From positions 248,001 through 312,000 of the IMG/VR virus record IMGVR_UViG_3300027708_000012: 64,000 nucleotides of DNA. One strand, given 5' to 3'. The stretch's first letter is position 1, and every line of letters starts with the position of its first letter. The translations under genes were made by a program, and so were the position numbers. This document shows positions 35,080 through 45,616 of this stretch, piece after piece. Below the pieces are notes generated by a model that saw only the letters and a list, made by a program, of their open reading frames with translations, was not told the DNA's origin and ran no database searches.

Positions 35080-35455
35080 TATTTTTGGTGACAAAGCATA
35101 GTTGCTTCGCGAGGGCAGTTTTTTAGGCTGCTAATGCAAATTCTGCATCATTGGCAGAAGCCAATGTTACTGGAACTTGAAAATACTCGAATGTAGATGT
35201 TTTAGCATTTACTTTAATTTGCTTGATTTACAGTCATCGCCTACTGAGTTGCCGTCTTCAATATCTAACCCCGTCGAAACCATGGCAGGCCCATCATAAA
35301 CACACTCAAATCTGAAAGGTGTCGCCTGTGACGCCTTGTGTTTATAACACCACCACTCGGGACTCAAACCCGCATGTGTTTATGGTGGACCTGGCGGGAG
35401 TCGAACCCGCGTCCGAGATTCCTTCTATCCAAAGGAATTACAACTATTTCATTTA
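35080..35455 (-). ncRNA. ssrA: circularly permuted two-piece tmRNA
   Basis: Acceptor piece ending GGUUCGACUCCCGCCAGGUCCACCA (35383), hairpin spacer, coding piece starting GGGCCUG (35292) with G3:U70; tag frame 35123-35206 ends ANDAEFALAA*. Confidence 0.9.
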
Positions 35456-35461
35456 ACCCAA

Positions 35462-35665
35462 TTACTTGGGTTGAATATTTGCTGCCTGCAAGCCTTTTTG
35501 ACCTTGTACCACATCAAATGTCACTGATTGATTCTCTTGCAGAACTTTGAATCCTGATGTTTGAATCGCTGAGTAGTGTGCGAAAAGATCCTCGCCGCCG
35601 CCGTCTGGAGTAATAAACCCAAAACCTTTGGTTTCATTAAACCATTTTACTTTACCTGTTGCCAT
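35462..35665 (-). CDS. cspA: cold-shock protein
   Basis: [21 protein letters not shown]. Confidence 0.95.
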   Translation of the reverse strand: MATGKVKWFNETKGFGFITPDGGGEDLFAHYSAIQTSGFKVLQENQSVTFDVVQGQKGLQAANIQPK

Positions 35666-35773
35666 TTACTTAATTTCCTGTTAAAACACTATTATAGTGT
35701 ATTTTATTTATCAGAGCAAACATTTTGGCTAGAAAAACTAAATACTAGTACATTAAACACCGGGAGCGAATCG

Positions 35774-36364
35774 ATGGCATTAGTCGACTCAGTATTAAAT
35801 TTAATTAACAAGCAACCAAAAGATCCCAACGCACCAAAGCCTCTAGTAGGATCACGTAGCGAACGTGAAGCCAAACTAAAAGACAAAGCAGGTATGGTAA
35901 TCAGTGTATTTGCACTATTACTTGCTGTCAACAGCTGGTACGGTGGCACACTCAGCAGTAAGGTATTAAACAATACCATTGCTTCAAACAATGTATGGGC
36001 ATTTTATCAAGCTAAAAGTATCAAACAAACTCTAGCAGAACAAAGCCTTGACGATGCTACTTATCGCAAAGAAACAGAAAAAATGGCTAAATTACAAGCC
36101 AAGATCGATCGTTACGAAAGCGATCCTAAAACAGGCGAAGGCAAAAAAGAATTAATGGAAAAGGCACGTGCGTTAGAAGCAGAGCGTGACGAAGCTAAAA
36201 AACGTAGCCCATGGATTGGTTATGCCAGTACAATGTATCAATTGAGTATTGTGGTGTTGTCAGCAAGTATTCTTGCTGTTAGCATGAGCATGTTCTGGGG
36301 TAGCTTCTTTGTTGCTGGTTTAGGTGTATTGTTGTCAGCACAAGGCGTATACTTATTTTTCTAA
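35774..36364 (+). CDS. DUF4337-like membrane protein
   Basis: Two hydrophobic regions around a coiled coil, WAFYQAKSIK; start at MALVDS. Confidence 0.7.
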   Translation: MALVDSVLNLINKQPKDPNAPKPLVGSRSEREAKLKDKAGMVISVFALLLAVNSWYGGTLSSKVLNNTIASNNVWAFYQAKSIKQTLAEQSLDDATYRKETEKMAKLQAKIDRYESDPKTGEGKKELMEKARALEAERDEAKKRSPWIGYASTMYQLSIVVLSASILAVSMSMFWGSFFVAGLGVLLSAQGVYLFF

Positions 36365-36485
36365 TTTAAAGAACCCACCTTAGGGCACGTTAGTCGTCAC
36401 GGTTATAGGCGTCCGAGCAATTGAACTGCACCTCGTTAGTGTGCCGGGAGATAAAGTAACTCCCACTTTTTTGGGTAAATATATA

Positions 36486-37190
36486 ATGAATCCAATTATA
36501 TATACCCTGATAGTAACACATATTACTATCGTCTGTGTTACCCTATTTTTACATAGAGGTCAAGCACACAAAGGAATAGAATTCCACCCAATTCTAAGTC
36601 ATTTTATGCGATTCTGGTTGTGGTTAACAACTGGAATGATTACTCGTCAATGGGTAGCTATACATCGTAAACATCATGTGTTCAGTGATAAGGAAGGCGA
36701 TCCGCATAGTCCGCATATATTTGGCATTTGGAATATAGTATTTAAGGGTGTTACATTTTACGCTCGAGAAGGACGTAACGCTCAAACTATGATGAGTTAC
36801 GGAAAAGGTACTCCTAATGATTGGATTGAACGTAATTTGTATACCCCATATAATTTCTACGGAATTCTTTTAATGTTGATTATAGATCTTGTATTATTTG
36901 GTCTGTGGGGATTAGTAATATGGGGTATACAAATGGTGTGGATACCTTTTTGGGCAGCAGGAGTTATTAACGGAATAGGACATTGGTATGGATATCGTAA
37001 CGGTACTACAAGGGATGGGAGTCGTAACATTAGTAACATTGGCATACTTATTGGTGGCGAAGAGTTGCACAATAATCACCACTTGGATCCAGCGAGTGTT
37101 AAACTAAGTCGGCGCTGGTTTGAATTAGATATAGGCTGGATGTGGTTAAGTTTATTTAGATTTTTAAGACTAGCTAAACTTACACGTTAA
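36486..37190 (+). CDS. fatty-acid desaturase
   Basis: HRGQAH, HRKHH, HNNHH; start at MNPIIY. Confidence 0.9.
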   Translation: MNPIIYTLIVTHITIVCVTLFLHRGQAHKGIEFHPILSHFMRFWLWLTTGMITRQWVAIHRKHHVFSDKEGDPHSPHIFGIWNIVFKGVTFYAREGRNAQTMMSYGKGTPNDWIERNLYTPYNFYGILLMLIIDLVLFGLWGLVIWGIQMVWIPFWAAGVINGIGHWYGYRNGTTRDGSRNISNIGILIGGEELHNNHHLDPASVKLSRRWFELDIGWMWLSLFRFLRLAKLTR

Positions 37191-37191
37191 C

Positions 37192-37950
37192 TTATAGATT
37201 ACTTGCGTATTTTGTTGCTGTTGGAGCACGTTTAGCGGCTTGTACTTTGGCATTAGCTGGTCTTTCAAACTTGTGTGTCCATGCTCTACTGGCGGCATCT
37301 GCACTAGGGTACTCTCGTCCTATATATCTTGCACCGTCTGGCTCGGATAATGCAAAATCAATTTGTCCTTGCCAGTTATCTTTCCAACTTGGACCTAATT
37401 TTTGTTTTAATTGCGCAAATCGAGGACCGTTATGTTGAAATAATCCTCCACTAGGTAAGCCGTTAGAATCAATAGTTTCAACTCCTGATCTAAAGCCAGA
37501 CTCGTGTGCTATGTTAGCCATCATGCCTGCAATCTGTGTTATGCTCATATTCCATTTTTGTTTGCAATGACGAGCGATATCCCGCCAAGGAACAGAACCT
37601 GCAACTTGTTTAATTTCAACTTTAGGTTTAGCTACTGGCGGCGCCTTTGCTGTTTGTACTGGTGGCAAGGATTTAGGCTTGGCCGCTGGTGTAGCAACTG
37701 CTGTTGCTTTGGCTTTTGCAATATCTGCAGGACCAGTCATTCTTGTGTCAACGCCCGGAGGGCCAAATGGTGCTCTGCTAGGTATAGATTTTGGATCTAG
37801 TTTACCTGATCCTATTTTAGCAATATCGTCTTCTGCTTCTAGTGCATCAGCAAACTGTTGAGCTGGCGAATTAGTTTTTGGTGCTAGGCCTTTAGCTTGT
37901 AACAGATTGTCTAAATCGTCTTCTTTAATAGTAAATTCGTTTGCTCTCAT
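37192..37950 (-). CDS. phage tail lysozyme-domain protein
   Basis: GMMANIAHESGF...GGLFQH...KFERP. Confidence 0.75.
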   Translation of the reverse strand: MRANEFTIKEDDLDNLLQAKGLAPKTNSPAQQFADALEAEDDIAKIGSGKLDPKSIPSRAPFGPPGVDTRMTGPADIAKAKATAVATPAAKPKSLPPVQTAKAPPVAKPKVEIKQVAGSVPWRDIARHCKQKWNMSITQIAGMMANIAHESGFRSGVETIDSNGLPSGGLFQHNGPRFAQLKQKLGPSWKDNWQGQIDFALSEPDGARYIGREYPSADAASRAWTHKFERPANAKVQAAKRAPTATKYASNL

Positions 37951-37957
37951 ACACTAT

Positions 37958-38599
37958 TTATCGCTTTCTTAGTTCGTTGACAAAATCTAACAGTAGCGCA
38001 TGATGTTTTCCATTGTGGTACTTGCCTTTCATCCAACTATAGCTATTGTACCAAAATTGTTCACTTTCTGGATGAGCGCCAATCAGTCCTATACGTCCTT
38101 TTATTATAGCCATAGGGTCGTCGTTAGCATACTTGGCAATAGTATCATAATACCCTGTACCAGTAAAGGCACAGCCATCGTACCAAAACATGTTCATTGG
38201 GGTTCCTAGCCATTCTATTTTTATGTTTTTAGCATGCGGGCGGCGAGTATCTGTATTAGGTTGTTTTAGATACTGTACAGCATCTATATCGCCTAGTAAA
38301 TTAAAATAATGTTTGCCAGCCCAATACGCCCCCATGCATATACCAAGATAATAACCACCATTAGCTATAAACTGCTTAATACGAGCACCGTTATACTTAA
38401 ACGCACGATTGAAGCTACTAGCATCACCGAAGCCGCCAGGAACTGCTACAATATCTACGCCATCAAAGAAGTTGTCTTCTAATTCGTTGATGCCAAAGAT
38501 TTTAAAATTATAAAAGGCACTAAGTGCCTTTATAATACCATTTCCACTCTGCACTGAACACTTAGGATCGTACAAGAATAGTGCAATTGTAGGTTTCAT
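37958..38599 (-). CDS. class I glutamine amidotransferase-like (BPL N-terminal-type) protein
   Basis: VPGG, YLGICMGAY, GAHPE; start at MKPTIAL. Confidence 0.75.
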   Translation of the reverse strand: MKPTIALFLYDPKCSVQSGNGIIKALSAFYNFKIFGINELEDNFFDGVDIVAVPGGFGDASSFNRAFKYNGARIKQFIANGGYYLGICMGAYWAGKHYFNLLGDIDAVQYLKQPNTDTRRPHAKNIKIEWLGTPMNMFWYDGCAFTGTGYYDTIAKYANDDPMAIIKGRIGLIGAHPESEQFWYNSYSWMKGKYHNGKHHALLLDFVNELRKR

Positions 38600-38987
38600 T
38601 TGAATAGTGTATGTTCTGCGTTGATCCACATGATTAACAGTATTAACCATAATACTCTTAATACGTTGTCAAAAATTCGTTCGTACCAATCTAATAATGT
38701 TTTAGTTTCTTTTTGTTGTGTCATTTTTTACTTCTATTTGTTGTACTTCTGGCTCAATATATTTGTCCCAGACTTTCTGTCCCGAGTTCCAACCAAATAC
38801 TGTACAAAATCCAATAGCAACATAAGTTAGAATAAATCCCATGTCTGTGTCCTTTCATTAACTACTACTATTTAGCCGGGCCGTAAAAATAGGAACCAAA
38901 GTTCCTACTGTGGATTACGGATTCCCACGACACCTTATCTTGTGCCCGATTTAAAAATGCTTCCGAAAAAATTACGGAAGCTGCTTA

Positions 38988-39632
38988 TTACTTCCCCAAT
39001 AGGCTATCAACCTTTGCTTCAGCAATGTCTAAACGAGCTTCGATAGCATCTAATGCTGGATCTGCTGGAACTGCAACTGCTTCAACAACTTGTTGAACTA
39101 CTTCTGGAGCAACTTCTTCACCTGTTGCGGCTGCAATAACTTCAGCAACTGCGTCAGCGGCAGCTTGTGCTACTTCTGGAGCTGGCGTTGGCATGTCAGC
39201 AACTGCGGCGATGATAGCGGCTGTGATTGCCACTGGATCAACTACAACTTCTGGCTCTGCTACAACAACTGCCATAACTGCGGCTGAAACAATATCAGCA
39301 ACTTCTGAGTGCTCAACTGGTTCTGCTTCGTACTGTGCTGTAACAACATCAGCAACTATGTCAGCGGCTTCTGCATGATCGGCACTTGGAGATAGTGCAA
39401 CTACTTCTTCAACTTCAAAAGGTGCATCATTTGCTACGGCAGCAATGATAGCATCAATGTGAGCTTCTGTTTTTTCGGCAATTAAGTGATCAACTTGAAC
39501 TTCAACTAGAGACAATCGTGCGTCTAGTTCTTCGATGCTTGTGGCATTGTCTGTATTAACTGATGTACCAGTTAGTGTTGCTAACTTGGCTTCTACGGAA
39601 ACTAATCTTGCGGCTAAATCTTCTAATCTCAT
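38988..39632 (-). CDS. Ala/Val/Glu-rich low-complexity protein
   Basis: Repeated ARL..VE..coiled-coil motif at both ends; acidic. Confidence 0.7.
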   Translation of the reverse strand: MRLEDLAARLVSVEAKLATLTGTSVNTDNATSIEELDARLSLVEVQVDHLIAEKTEAHIDAIIAAVANDAPFEVEEVVALSPSADHAEAADIVADVVTAQYEAEPVEHSEVADIVSAAVMAVVVAEPEVVVDPVAITAAIIAAVADMPTPAPEVAQAAADAVAEVIAAATGEEVAPEVVQQVVEAVAVPADPALDAIEARLDIAEAKVDSLLGK

Positions 39633-39715
39633 GTGATGCTCCTTAAGGGTTATGAGTGTGTACCACTACGGCACACATCTATTTAAGTGATAACCGATTA
39701 CAGCAGTATTACAAG

Positions 39716-40438
39716 TTAACTCCAATATCGATTATGGTATAAACTATCCCAGTAGGCTTTGTTATTGCGATTGATAAAATTCTTAACAAGGTACTTGCCC
39801 ATGCCAAGGTATCCCATCTTTTTAAATCTACGCGAGTCTTGCCCAAGGTGGTGGCGAACAATCCTAAACTTCCTAGGATTGTATTTTTTAGATAAAAAGT
39901 AATCTTCACTTGTTAATAAGTTCTCAGGAAACCCGCCGTACTCTTCAAACTTATCTCTGCGTGTGAGCATAAACGCACCGACCGCAAATGGACTAAAGAA
40001 TTTTAGCGTATGGTTAATTAAATTAAATGCTGTGAATCCAATCTTTGCCCTAATATCCTTATCATAGCATTTGATATTCAATCCAATAAGGTCTAGTTTT
40101 TTACGTTCAATTAATCTAACAGCATCACGAATAACAGTGGGTTTAAAAAATCGTACATCAGCATCAATGAATAAGATATAAGGTGTAGTGACTAGTCTAG
40201 CACCATTGTTTTTAGCAATACTAACAGGGCCGCCATCGATAATTTCTACATTTAAGTTACCCTTCATCAATTGAATAACTTCACGTGTATTGTCCGTTGA
40301 ACAGTCTGCAATGATGATTCTAGTGCTACCTATCATTTGATTGCGTAGGTGTGTTAATAGATAGGGAATATAGTTTTCCTCATTCTTACAAGGAATTACA
40401 ATAGTAATCTTATCGCTGAATATCATTGTTTCTTGCAT
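39716..40438 (-). CDS. glycosyltransferase family 2
   Basis: IVIPCKNEE, DCSTD, FIDAD, SED. Confidence 0.9.
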   Translation of the reverse strand: MQETMIFSDKITIVIPCKNEENYIPYLLTHLRNQMIGSTRIIIADCSTDNTREVIQLMKGNLNVEIIDGGPVSIAKNNGARLVTTPYILFIDADVRFFKPTVIRDAVRLIERKKLDLIGLNIKCYDKDIRAKIGFTAFNLINHTLKFFSPFAVGAFMLTRRDKFEEYGGFPENLLTSEDYFLSKKYNPRKFRIVRHHLGQDSRRFKKMGYLGMGKYLVKNFINRNNKAYWDSLYHNRYWS

Positions 40439-40459
40439 TCGCCTACTACCTTAAAACTT

Positions 40460-41347
40460 TTAAACTTTAGTTGCCACTTCAATGTGCTTAGGACTTGCTC
40501 GCAAGTCTTTTGATCGTGGAATGTTAGTTCTACTTTTCCTGGCTGATCCGTCGGATCGTTTACGTGTATCGCTATTAGGATCAATAACCACATTGTCTTT
40601 CTCCTGTGTCCATGTAACTATCTCCCAAGTACCGTTATGATGTTCTACTAGGGCTGTACAACTTTCAACCCAATCGCCATCATTCATATAAACAACATCA
40701 TCTATGTTTTTAATTTCAGCATGATGTATGTGCCCGCATATAACACCATCAAAGCCACGCTTTTTACAATATCCAGCAAGGTTCTTTTCAAAGTGGAACA
40801 TAAAGTCCACAGCTTTCTTTACTCGCTTCTTAAGGTACTGACTAAGGCTAAAGTACCCAAAACCAAAGCGATGGCGTAGCCAATTGAACTTGCTATTAAT
40901 CGATAAAATGACATCATATGCTTTGTCTCCTAAAAATGCTATCCACGGTGCTAGTCTAGTAATGCCATCAAACAAGTCACCGTGTGTAACTAAGTAATGA
41001 TTGCCGTCAGCACCTATGTGTTCTATTTGATTGTGTATCTCAACGAGTCCAAAACTGAATCCATAAGGAATCATTGGTCTTAAAAATTCGTCGTGATTTC
41101 CTGCAATATAAACGACACGAGTACCACGTTTAGCATGACCGAGAACACGACGCACCACATTAGTGTGGCTCTGTTTCCATCTCCATTTATTTTGTTGGAT
41201 TCGCCAGGCATCAATTATATCTCCTACAAGGTATAGGGTATCACAAGAGTTGTGTTTAAGAAAGTTGTTTAACTTATCTGCTTGACAATCCCTTGTGCCT
41301 AAATGCACATCACTAATGAAAATGCTACGATAAGTTTTGGTTTCCAT
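40460..41347 (-). CDS. UDP-2,3-diacylglucosamine hydrolase (LpxH)-like metallophosphoesterase
   Basis: SDVHLG, GDIID, GNHD, HGD, GHIH, NDGDW. Confidence 0.8.
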   Translation of the reverse strand: METKTYRSIFISDVHLGTRDCQADKLNNFLKHNSCDTLYLVGDIIDAWRIQQNKWRWKQSHTNVVRRVLGHAKRGTRVVYIAGNHDEFLRPMIPYGFSFGLVEIHNQIEHIGADGNHYLVTHGDLFDGITRLAPWIAFLGDKAYDVILSINSKFNWLRHRFGFGYFSLSQYLKKRVKKAVDFMFHFEKNLAGYCKKRGFDGVICGHIHHAEIKNIDDVVYMNDGDWVESCTALVEHHNGTWEIVTWTQEKDNVVIDPNSDTRKRSDGSARKSRTNIPRSKDLRASPKHIEVATKV

Positions 41348-41391
41348 ACCATTATTTATCGTAGCATTATGTATGCAATATTACAAGAGCG

Positions 41392-41550
41392 TTACACTTG
41401 TACTACTGTCCACTTGTGTGTGAATGGTTTGCCTTCGGCCTTGTGTTTCAAGATTTTGGCGAACTCTTTCAAGCGAAGTTCGTATTGTTTCTCGGCATCG
41501 TGGTCGACGCAAGCCTTGTACAGTTTAGCTATTAGCTTTTTCTGTTTCAT
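41392..41550 (-). CDS. small hypothetical protein (52 aa, [10 protein letters not shown]...)
   Basis: Hand-translated ORF with AAGGAGG RBS. Confidence 0.65.
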   Translation of the reverse strand: MKQKKLIAKLYKACVDHDAEKQYELRLKEFAKILKHKAEGKPFTHKWTVVQV

Positions 41551-41570
41551 GGTTGTGTCCTCCTTGATAG

Positions 41571-42170
41571 TTATTTATTCGCTAACGGATTATCAACCGC
41601 TTGTTTAATCTTGTTATCAACTTCTGCTCTTAACGCACGAATCTCAGCTTGTTGTTCTTTTTGATTCTTAACCAACTCGCGATTGATATCTTTTAGTGTA
41701 GCATCAACATCACGCTTGATTTCTTTCACAGTGCCATCGACATCGCGCTTAATTTCCTTCATTCCTGAATCTGTTAGTCGTTGATCTGTTTTACTTGAAC
41801 GCTCAACATTTTCAACAACAGCTTCTAGTCTGCGAACATCGCCTTTAAGATCGTTCTTGATGTTGTTGGTATACTCGGTCATCTTGCTAGTATTGGCATC
41901 CAACACTTCCATCTTTTTATAGATTTCAGCAAGATCAGGTGTAACATATTCCGCAATCTTTTTCTTCATCCCCATGTAGTCTTTATACACCTCAAAGCAC
42001 CCATAAAGCCCGCCCAATAATGATGACGCTAGGGTGAATGCTACCATAAGTTTGGCTGGTGTGAATTCATAACCACCAATACTGATAACAGTATCTTTGC
42101 TGGCATACTTTTTTACAGCCGCTTCAGCTTCGTCTATTTTTGCATTGACGTCTTTAATTTCTTCTGTCAT
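41571..42170 (-). CDS. membrane-anchored coiled-coil protein
   Basis: One TM-like segment followed by heptad repeats. Confidence 0.7.
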   Translation of the reverse strand: MTEEIKDVNAKIDEAEAAVKKYASKDTVISIGGYEFTPAKLMVAFTLASSLLGGLYGCFEVYKDYMGMKKKIAEYVTPDLAEIYKKMEVLDANTSKMTEYTNNIKNDLKGDVRRLEAVVENVERSSKTDQRLTDSGMKEIKRDVDGTVKEIKRDVDATLKDINRELVKNQKEQQAEIRALRAEVDNKIKQAVDNPLANK

Positions 42171-42171
42171 T

Positions 42172-44268
42172 TTACTCTCCTTGCTTATATTGCATGTCTA
42201 CCATTCTTTTATGTAGGCTATCGCTACTCATTTGTCGCAGTACTTGTACGTTGTCTATGACTTTTTGGCCTTTATAAACTTCTTTAGGTTCATAAAAAGC
42301 CGTATCTCTTAATACAAACGAATATGCTTCAAATCCTCTTGGTTGTGTAGCCATTGATGCAAGATCAACACCTGCGGCTAGATCGTTTGGTTGTACATTT
42401 CTATTAACTGTACTTGTCTGTGACTGTATATTTTCTTGCATTAACTCAAAACGCTGTTGCATCATCATTTCTGACAATGGATTGCCAGCCTTACCCATGC
42501 CGCCAAAACTAGCAACTTGCATTGGTGGTGTTTCTACTTCCATAATACGTTCTTGTAATCGTGGCTGATATACAGGTGCGGTTTGTGTAGGTGCTGGACT
42601 TATACTAGATAAATTTAATGACCCTAGTGGATTGTAGGCAAACGGATTTCGACTAACTGTTAATCCTGTACCACTACTGGCTTGTTGTTGGGATTCTGTT
42701 GCTGCAGGTGCTGTAGGTTTTAACATAGCTACTGATGTTGACTGTGTTTCTTGTTGTGCTTGTTGCGGTGGTGTATATGCAGCTTGTTGAATCTGTACAA
42801 CACTTCCATTAGATTGTTGTTGTACTTCTTGTTGTACTTCTTGTTGTACTTGTTGTACTACACGACTAGTCTGTTGCTGTTGCGTAGTAGTCTGTTGCTG
42901 TTGTTGCGTATTTTGACTTGTTTGAATTGCGGTCTGCTGGCTAGCTTGTGTATTTTGACTGGAGAACTGTGCGGCTGCTGTGGCACTGTTAGCACTCATA
43001 TCTTGATTCATACTGATTGCAAGATTACTAGCGGCTTGTGAACTTTGTTGGGTATTTTCAAATGCTTTGGCAGCATTTTGTACGGCTGATTGTTGTATTG
43101 CTTGTTCTTTGGCCTGTGCTGATTTGACCACACTCATTGCTAATTTGCTAGGGCCACCTCCGCTGGTTGCAGAGCCTGCTTGTTGTGGGCCTGCCTGACT
43201 TGGTCCAGCACTTGGTGGAGGTGCAGATTGTGCTACTTGAGGAGGACCGCCGGCTGGTTGAGGTTGTGTTGGTGCAGGCCCAGCTTGTTGCGGGCTAGGC
43301 TGTGCCGGATTATCTTGTGCTACCGCAGGATTTTGATTTGGATCTTGCCCCGGTTGCTGAGTTGGTAGTCCTTGTTGTGCAGGTGCTTGCTGTGCAGGTT
43401 GTTGTGCTTGCTGTTGTGGACTTGCTTGAGCTAATGCAGGTGCCGCATCGGCTACAGCAGGGGGTGCCGCCGCTGGTGCAGGTGATGTATAGTTCATTGC
43501 AGGTACAAATGAAGTAGCACTTGCATTTGAAACTGTAGATCCTAGTATAGAATTTTTAACAGTAGCTAAAGCGTATCCTGGGCAAGTAGGACTTGATAAT
43601 GGGTCGTTTATACACGGATCGGGCTTTACTGTATATTTCAAGCTAAAATTAACATTAATAATTTCTGGACCATAATTGCCAGCCCAATAATTATTGTCTC
43701 GGCCTACAAAGCCTACCTGTGCATTACTAAAGCTAGTTGCTGGTACAGGACTAGAAAAAGTTTCACTGAAGTTAAAGTTAGTCCAGTTATATTTCCTATT
43801 TGTTTGACTAGTATAATCATAGTTTGCTGCTAGTCCTCCACCGCTATTATAGAACTTAACATACGCACCTAAATAATCTTGACGTCCATCATCCCAGCCG
43901 TTGCCGTTCTTAGCAGTAAACCCGAAATTAAATCCTCCAAGTTGTACACCACTTCCGCCTATAGACAATGCCTTGTTTATACTGACAATTTGATTTAAGT
44001 CTGTAGTGCCGTATGAATAGTTAATAACACCATCTGGTCTTATACTTGGTTTAGGACCACAGTTACCAGCCTGACCGGCCTGGAAGCACAGTGTATTAAC
44101 ATAGACACCGTTGTTCCAAATGCTAGTCGTATCTGTAGGCGCAGTACCGTTATTAATTAAATTACCGGTAGTAGCGTCTACTTGAGCATTAGTGGAAGCC
44201 GAATATACGATAAGCAATAACGCCCAGTATACTACCGATACCAACTTTCTTATAAGTGTCATCTTCAC
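42172..44268 (-). CDS. secreted Gln/Pro/Ala-rich protein
   Basis: Signal peptide, globular N-domain, long QPA-rich linker. Confidence 0.75.
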   Translation of the reverse strand: MKMTLIRKLVSVVYWALLLIVYSASTNAQVDATTGNLINNGTAPTDTTSIWNNGVYVNTLCFQAGQAGNCGPKPSIRPDGVINYSYGTTDLNQIVSINKALSIGGSGVQLGGFNFGFTAKNGNGWDDGRQDYLGAYVKFYNSGGGLAANYDYTSQTNRKYNWTNFNFSETFSSPVPATSFSNAQVGFVGRDNNYWAGNYGPEIINVNFSLKYTVKPDPCINDPLSSPTCPGYALATVKNSILGSTVSNASATSFVPAMNYTSPAPAAAPPAVADAAPALAQASPQQQAQQPAQQAPAQQGLPTQQPGQDPNQNPAVAQDNPAQPSPQQAGPAPTQPQPAGGPPQVAQSAPPPSAGPSQAGPQQAGSATSGGGPSKLAMSVVKSAQAKEQAIQQSAVQNAAKAFENTQQSSQAASNLAISMNQDMSANSATAAAQFSSQNTQASQQTAIQTSQNTQQQQQTTTQQQQTSRVVQQVQQEVQQEVQQQSNGSVVQIQQAAYTPPQQAQQETQSTSVAMLKPTAPAATESQQQASSGTGLTVSRNPFAYNPLGSLNLSSISPAPTQTAPVYQPRLQERIMEVETPPMQVASFGGMGKAGNPLSEMMMQQRFELMQENIQSQTSTVNRNVQPNDLAAGVDLASMATQPRGFEAYSFVLRDTAFYEPKEVYKGQKVIDNVQVLRQMSSDSLHKRMVDMQYKQGE

Positions 44269-45556
44269 TCACCTCTGTTTCTTTTGGTAATTTTTCTGGA
44301 TTTGATTCCCACTCTACTTTAGCTTGGGCTCCAATCTTACCTTCGTACGGGCATGGTGTGCCTGCTGCCATCATAGCATCAAATACACGACGATCTTGAC
44401 ACATAGTAGCAACTGCGGCAACTTTCATCCCCATGTCGTATAATGTCTTGCTTAATTTTAATCGTTCACAATTCATATCACGAACTGTGCCGCCTGAACT
44501 AACACCAAAGATTTGTGTTTGTACTGAACCGCTTGTGCCTGTTGTACATAGGTCAGCATTACCACCTGACATCATTGCTGGTGCAACGGCTGTTGGTGGA
44601 GGTTGAATAACACGCTGAGTAATATCACTTGTATTAACATTGTTATTTGTCATTGAACCACTGTTAATATTCTGATTAACGTTATTATTTGCATTAGTAC
44701 TTGTACTAGCATTAGTATTATTATTGTTATTGGTCATTGTACCGTTATTGGTATTCTGATTAATATTAGTCATCGTTCCTGTGTTAATATTGTTATTAGT
44801 ATTGCTAGTAGTAGCTGTTGTAGTGTTGATATTACGATTGGTCATATCACCTGTATTAACATTATTATTTGTGTTAACACTGGTACTCGTATTAACATTG
44901 TTGTTATTGTTAGTCATTGTACCATACTGGTAGTTAGTATTGGTGCTTGTACTAGTGTTAACATTGTTGTTATTGTTAGTATTAACACTAGTGCTAGAAC
45001 TAACATTATTATTGTTATAAGTCATTGTACCTGAATTAATGTTATTATTGGTGTTGACATTATTGCTAGTACTTGCGCTGACATTGTTGTTATTGTACGT
45101 CATTGTACCAGTATTAATATTGTTATTGGTGTTAACATTATTGCTAGTACTGGTACTTGTATTGACATTGTTGTTATTGTTAGTCATTGTACCTGTATTA
45201 ACATTATTATTATTAAATGTCTGAGTACCGCTATTAACGTTATTGTTGTTATTAGTGTAGGTTACTGCGCCACTCATAACGTTGTTATTGTTATTATTGT
45301 TGGTCATAGTACCACTATTAACGTTATTGTTGTTATTAGTGTTAGTTGTACCGCCACTTAGCACAGTATTATTATTTGTAGTTGTAGTACCGCTATTAAC
45401 ATTATTTGTGTTAATTGTACTTGTGCTAACGCTTGTACTATTAGTATCTACGAGACTTTTAGAATCGTAGCCGCCTTGGTTAATCACAGTTTGAGGTAGC
45501 ACGGTGGTGCTTGATAGTACCAACATTAATGCTGGCATTATATTTTTAATACGCAT
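44189..45556 (-). CDS. secreted Asn/Thr-repeat protein
   Basis: Signal peptide, TMTNNNNNVN-like repeats, Cys-containing C-domain. Confidence 0.75.
   Translation of the reverse strand: MRIKNIMPALMLVLSSTTVLPQTVINQGGYDSKSLVDTNSTSVSTSTINTNNVNSGTTTTNNNTVLSGGTTNTNNNNNVNSGTMTNNNNNNNVMSGAVTYTNNNNNVNSGTQTFNNNNVNTGTMTNNNNNVNTSTSTSNNVNTNNNINTGTMTYNNNNVSASTSNNVNTNNNINSGTMTYNNNNVSSSTSVNTNNNNNVNTSTSTNTNYQYGTMTNNNNNVNTSTSVNTNNNVNTGDMTNRNINTTTATTSNTNNNINTGTMTNINQNTNNGTMTNNNNNTNASTSTNANNNVNQNINSGSMTNNNVNTSDITQRVIQPPPTAVAPAMMSGGNADLCTTGTSGSVQTQIFGVSSGGTVRDMNCERLKLSKTLYDMGMKVAAVATMCQDRRVFDAMMAAGTPCPYEGKIGAQAKVEWESNPEKLPKETEVSEDDTYKKVGIGSILGVIAYRIFGFH
44640..45470 (-). repeat. imperfect coding tandem repeats (Asn-rich)
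   Basis: Recurrent aacattattattgttattagtcattgtacc-like units in frame. Confidence 0.75.
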
Positions 45557-45616
45557 GGCTTCGCTCCAAATTGCATTAGTATTTAAGTGAGCAATTGTAC
45601 GAGTAATACTACTGTA

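Noticed and set aside
35383-35420. Truncated tRNA-Ala pseudogene
   Set aside because: It is the acceptor piece of the permuted tmRNA
44640-45470. CRISPR-like periodic repeats
   Set aside because: Repeats are degenerate, in frame in an Asn-rich ORF, lack unique spacers, and no cas genes are present
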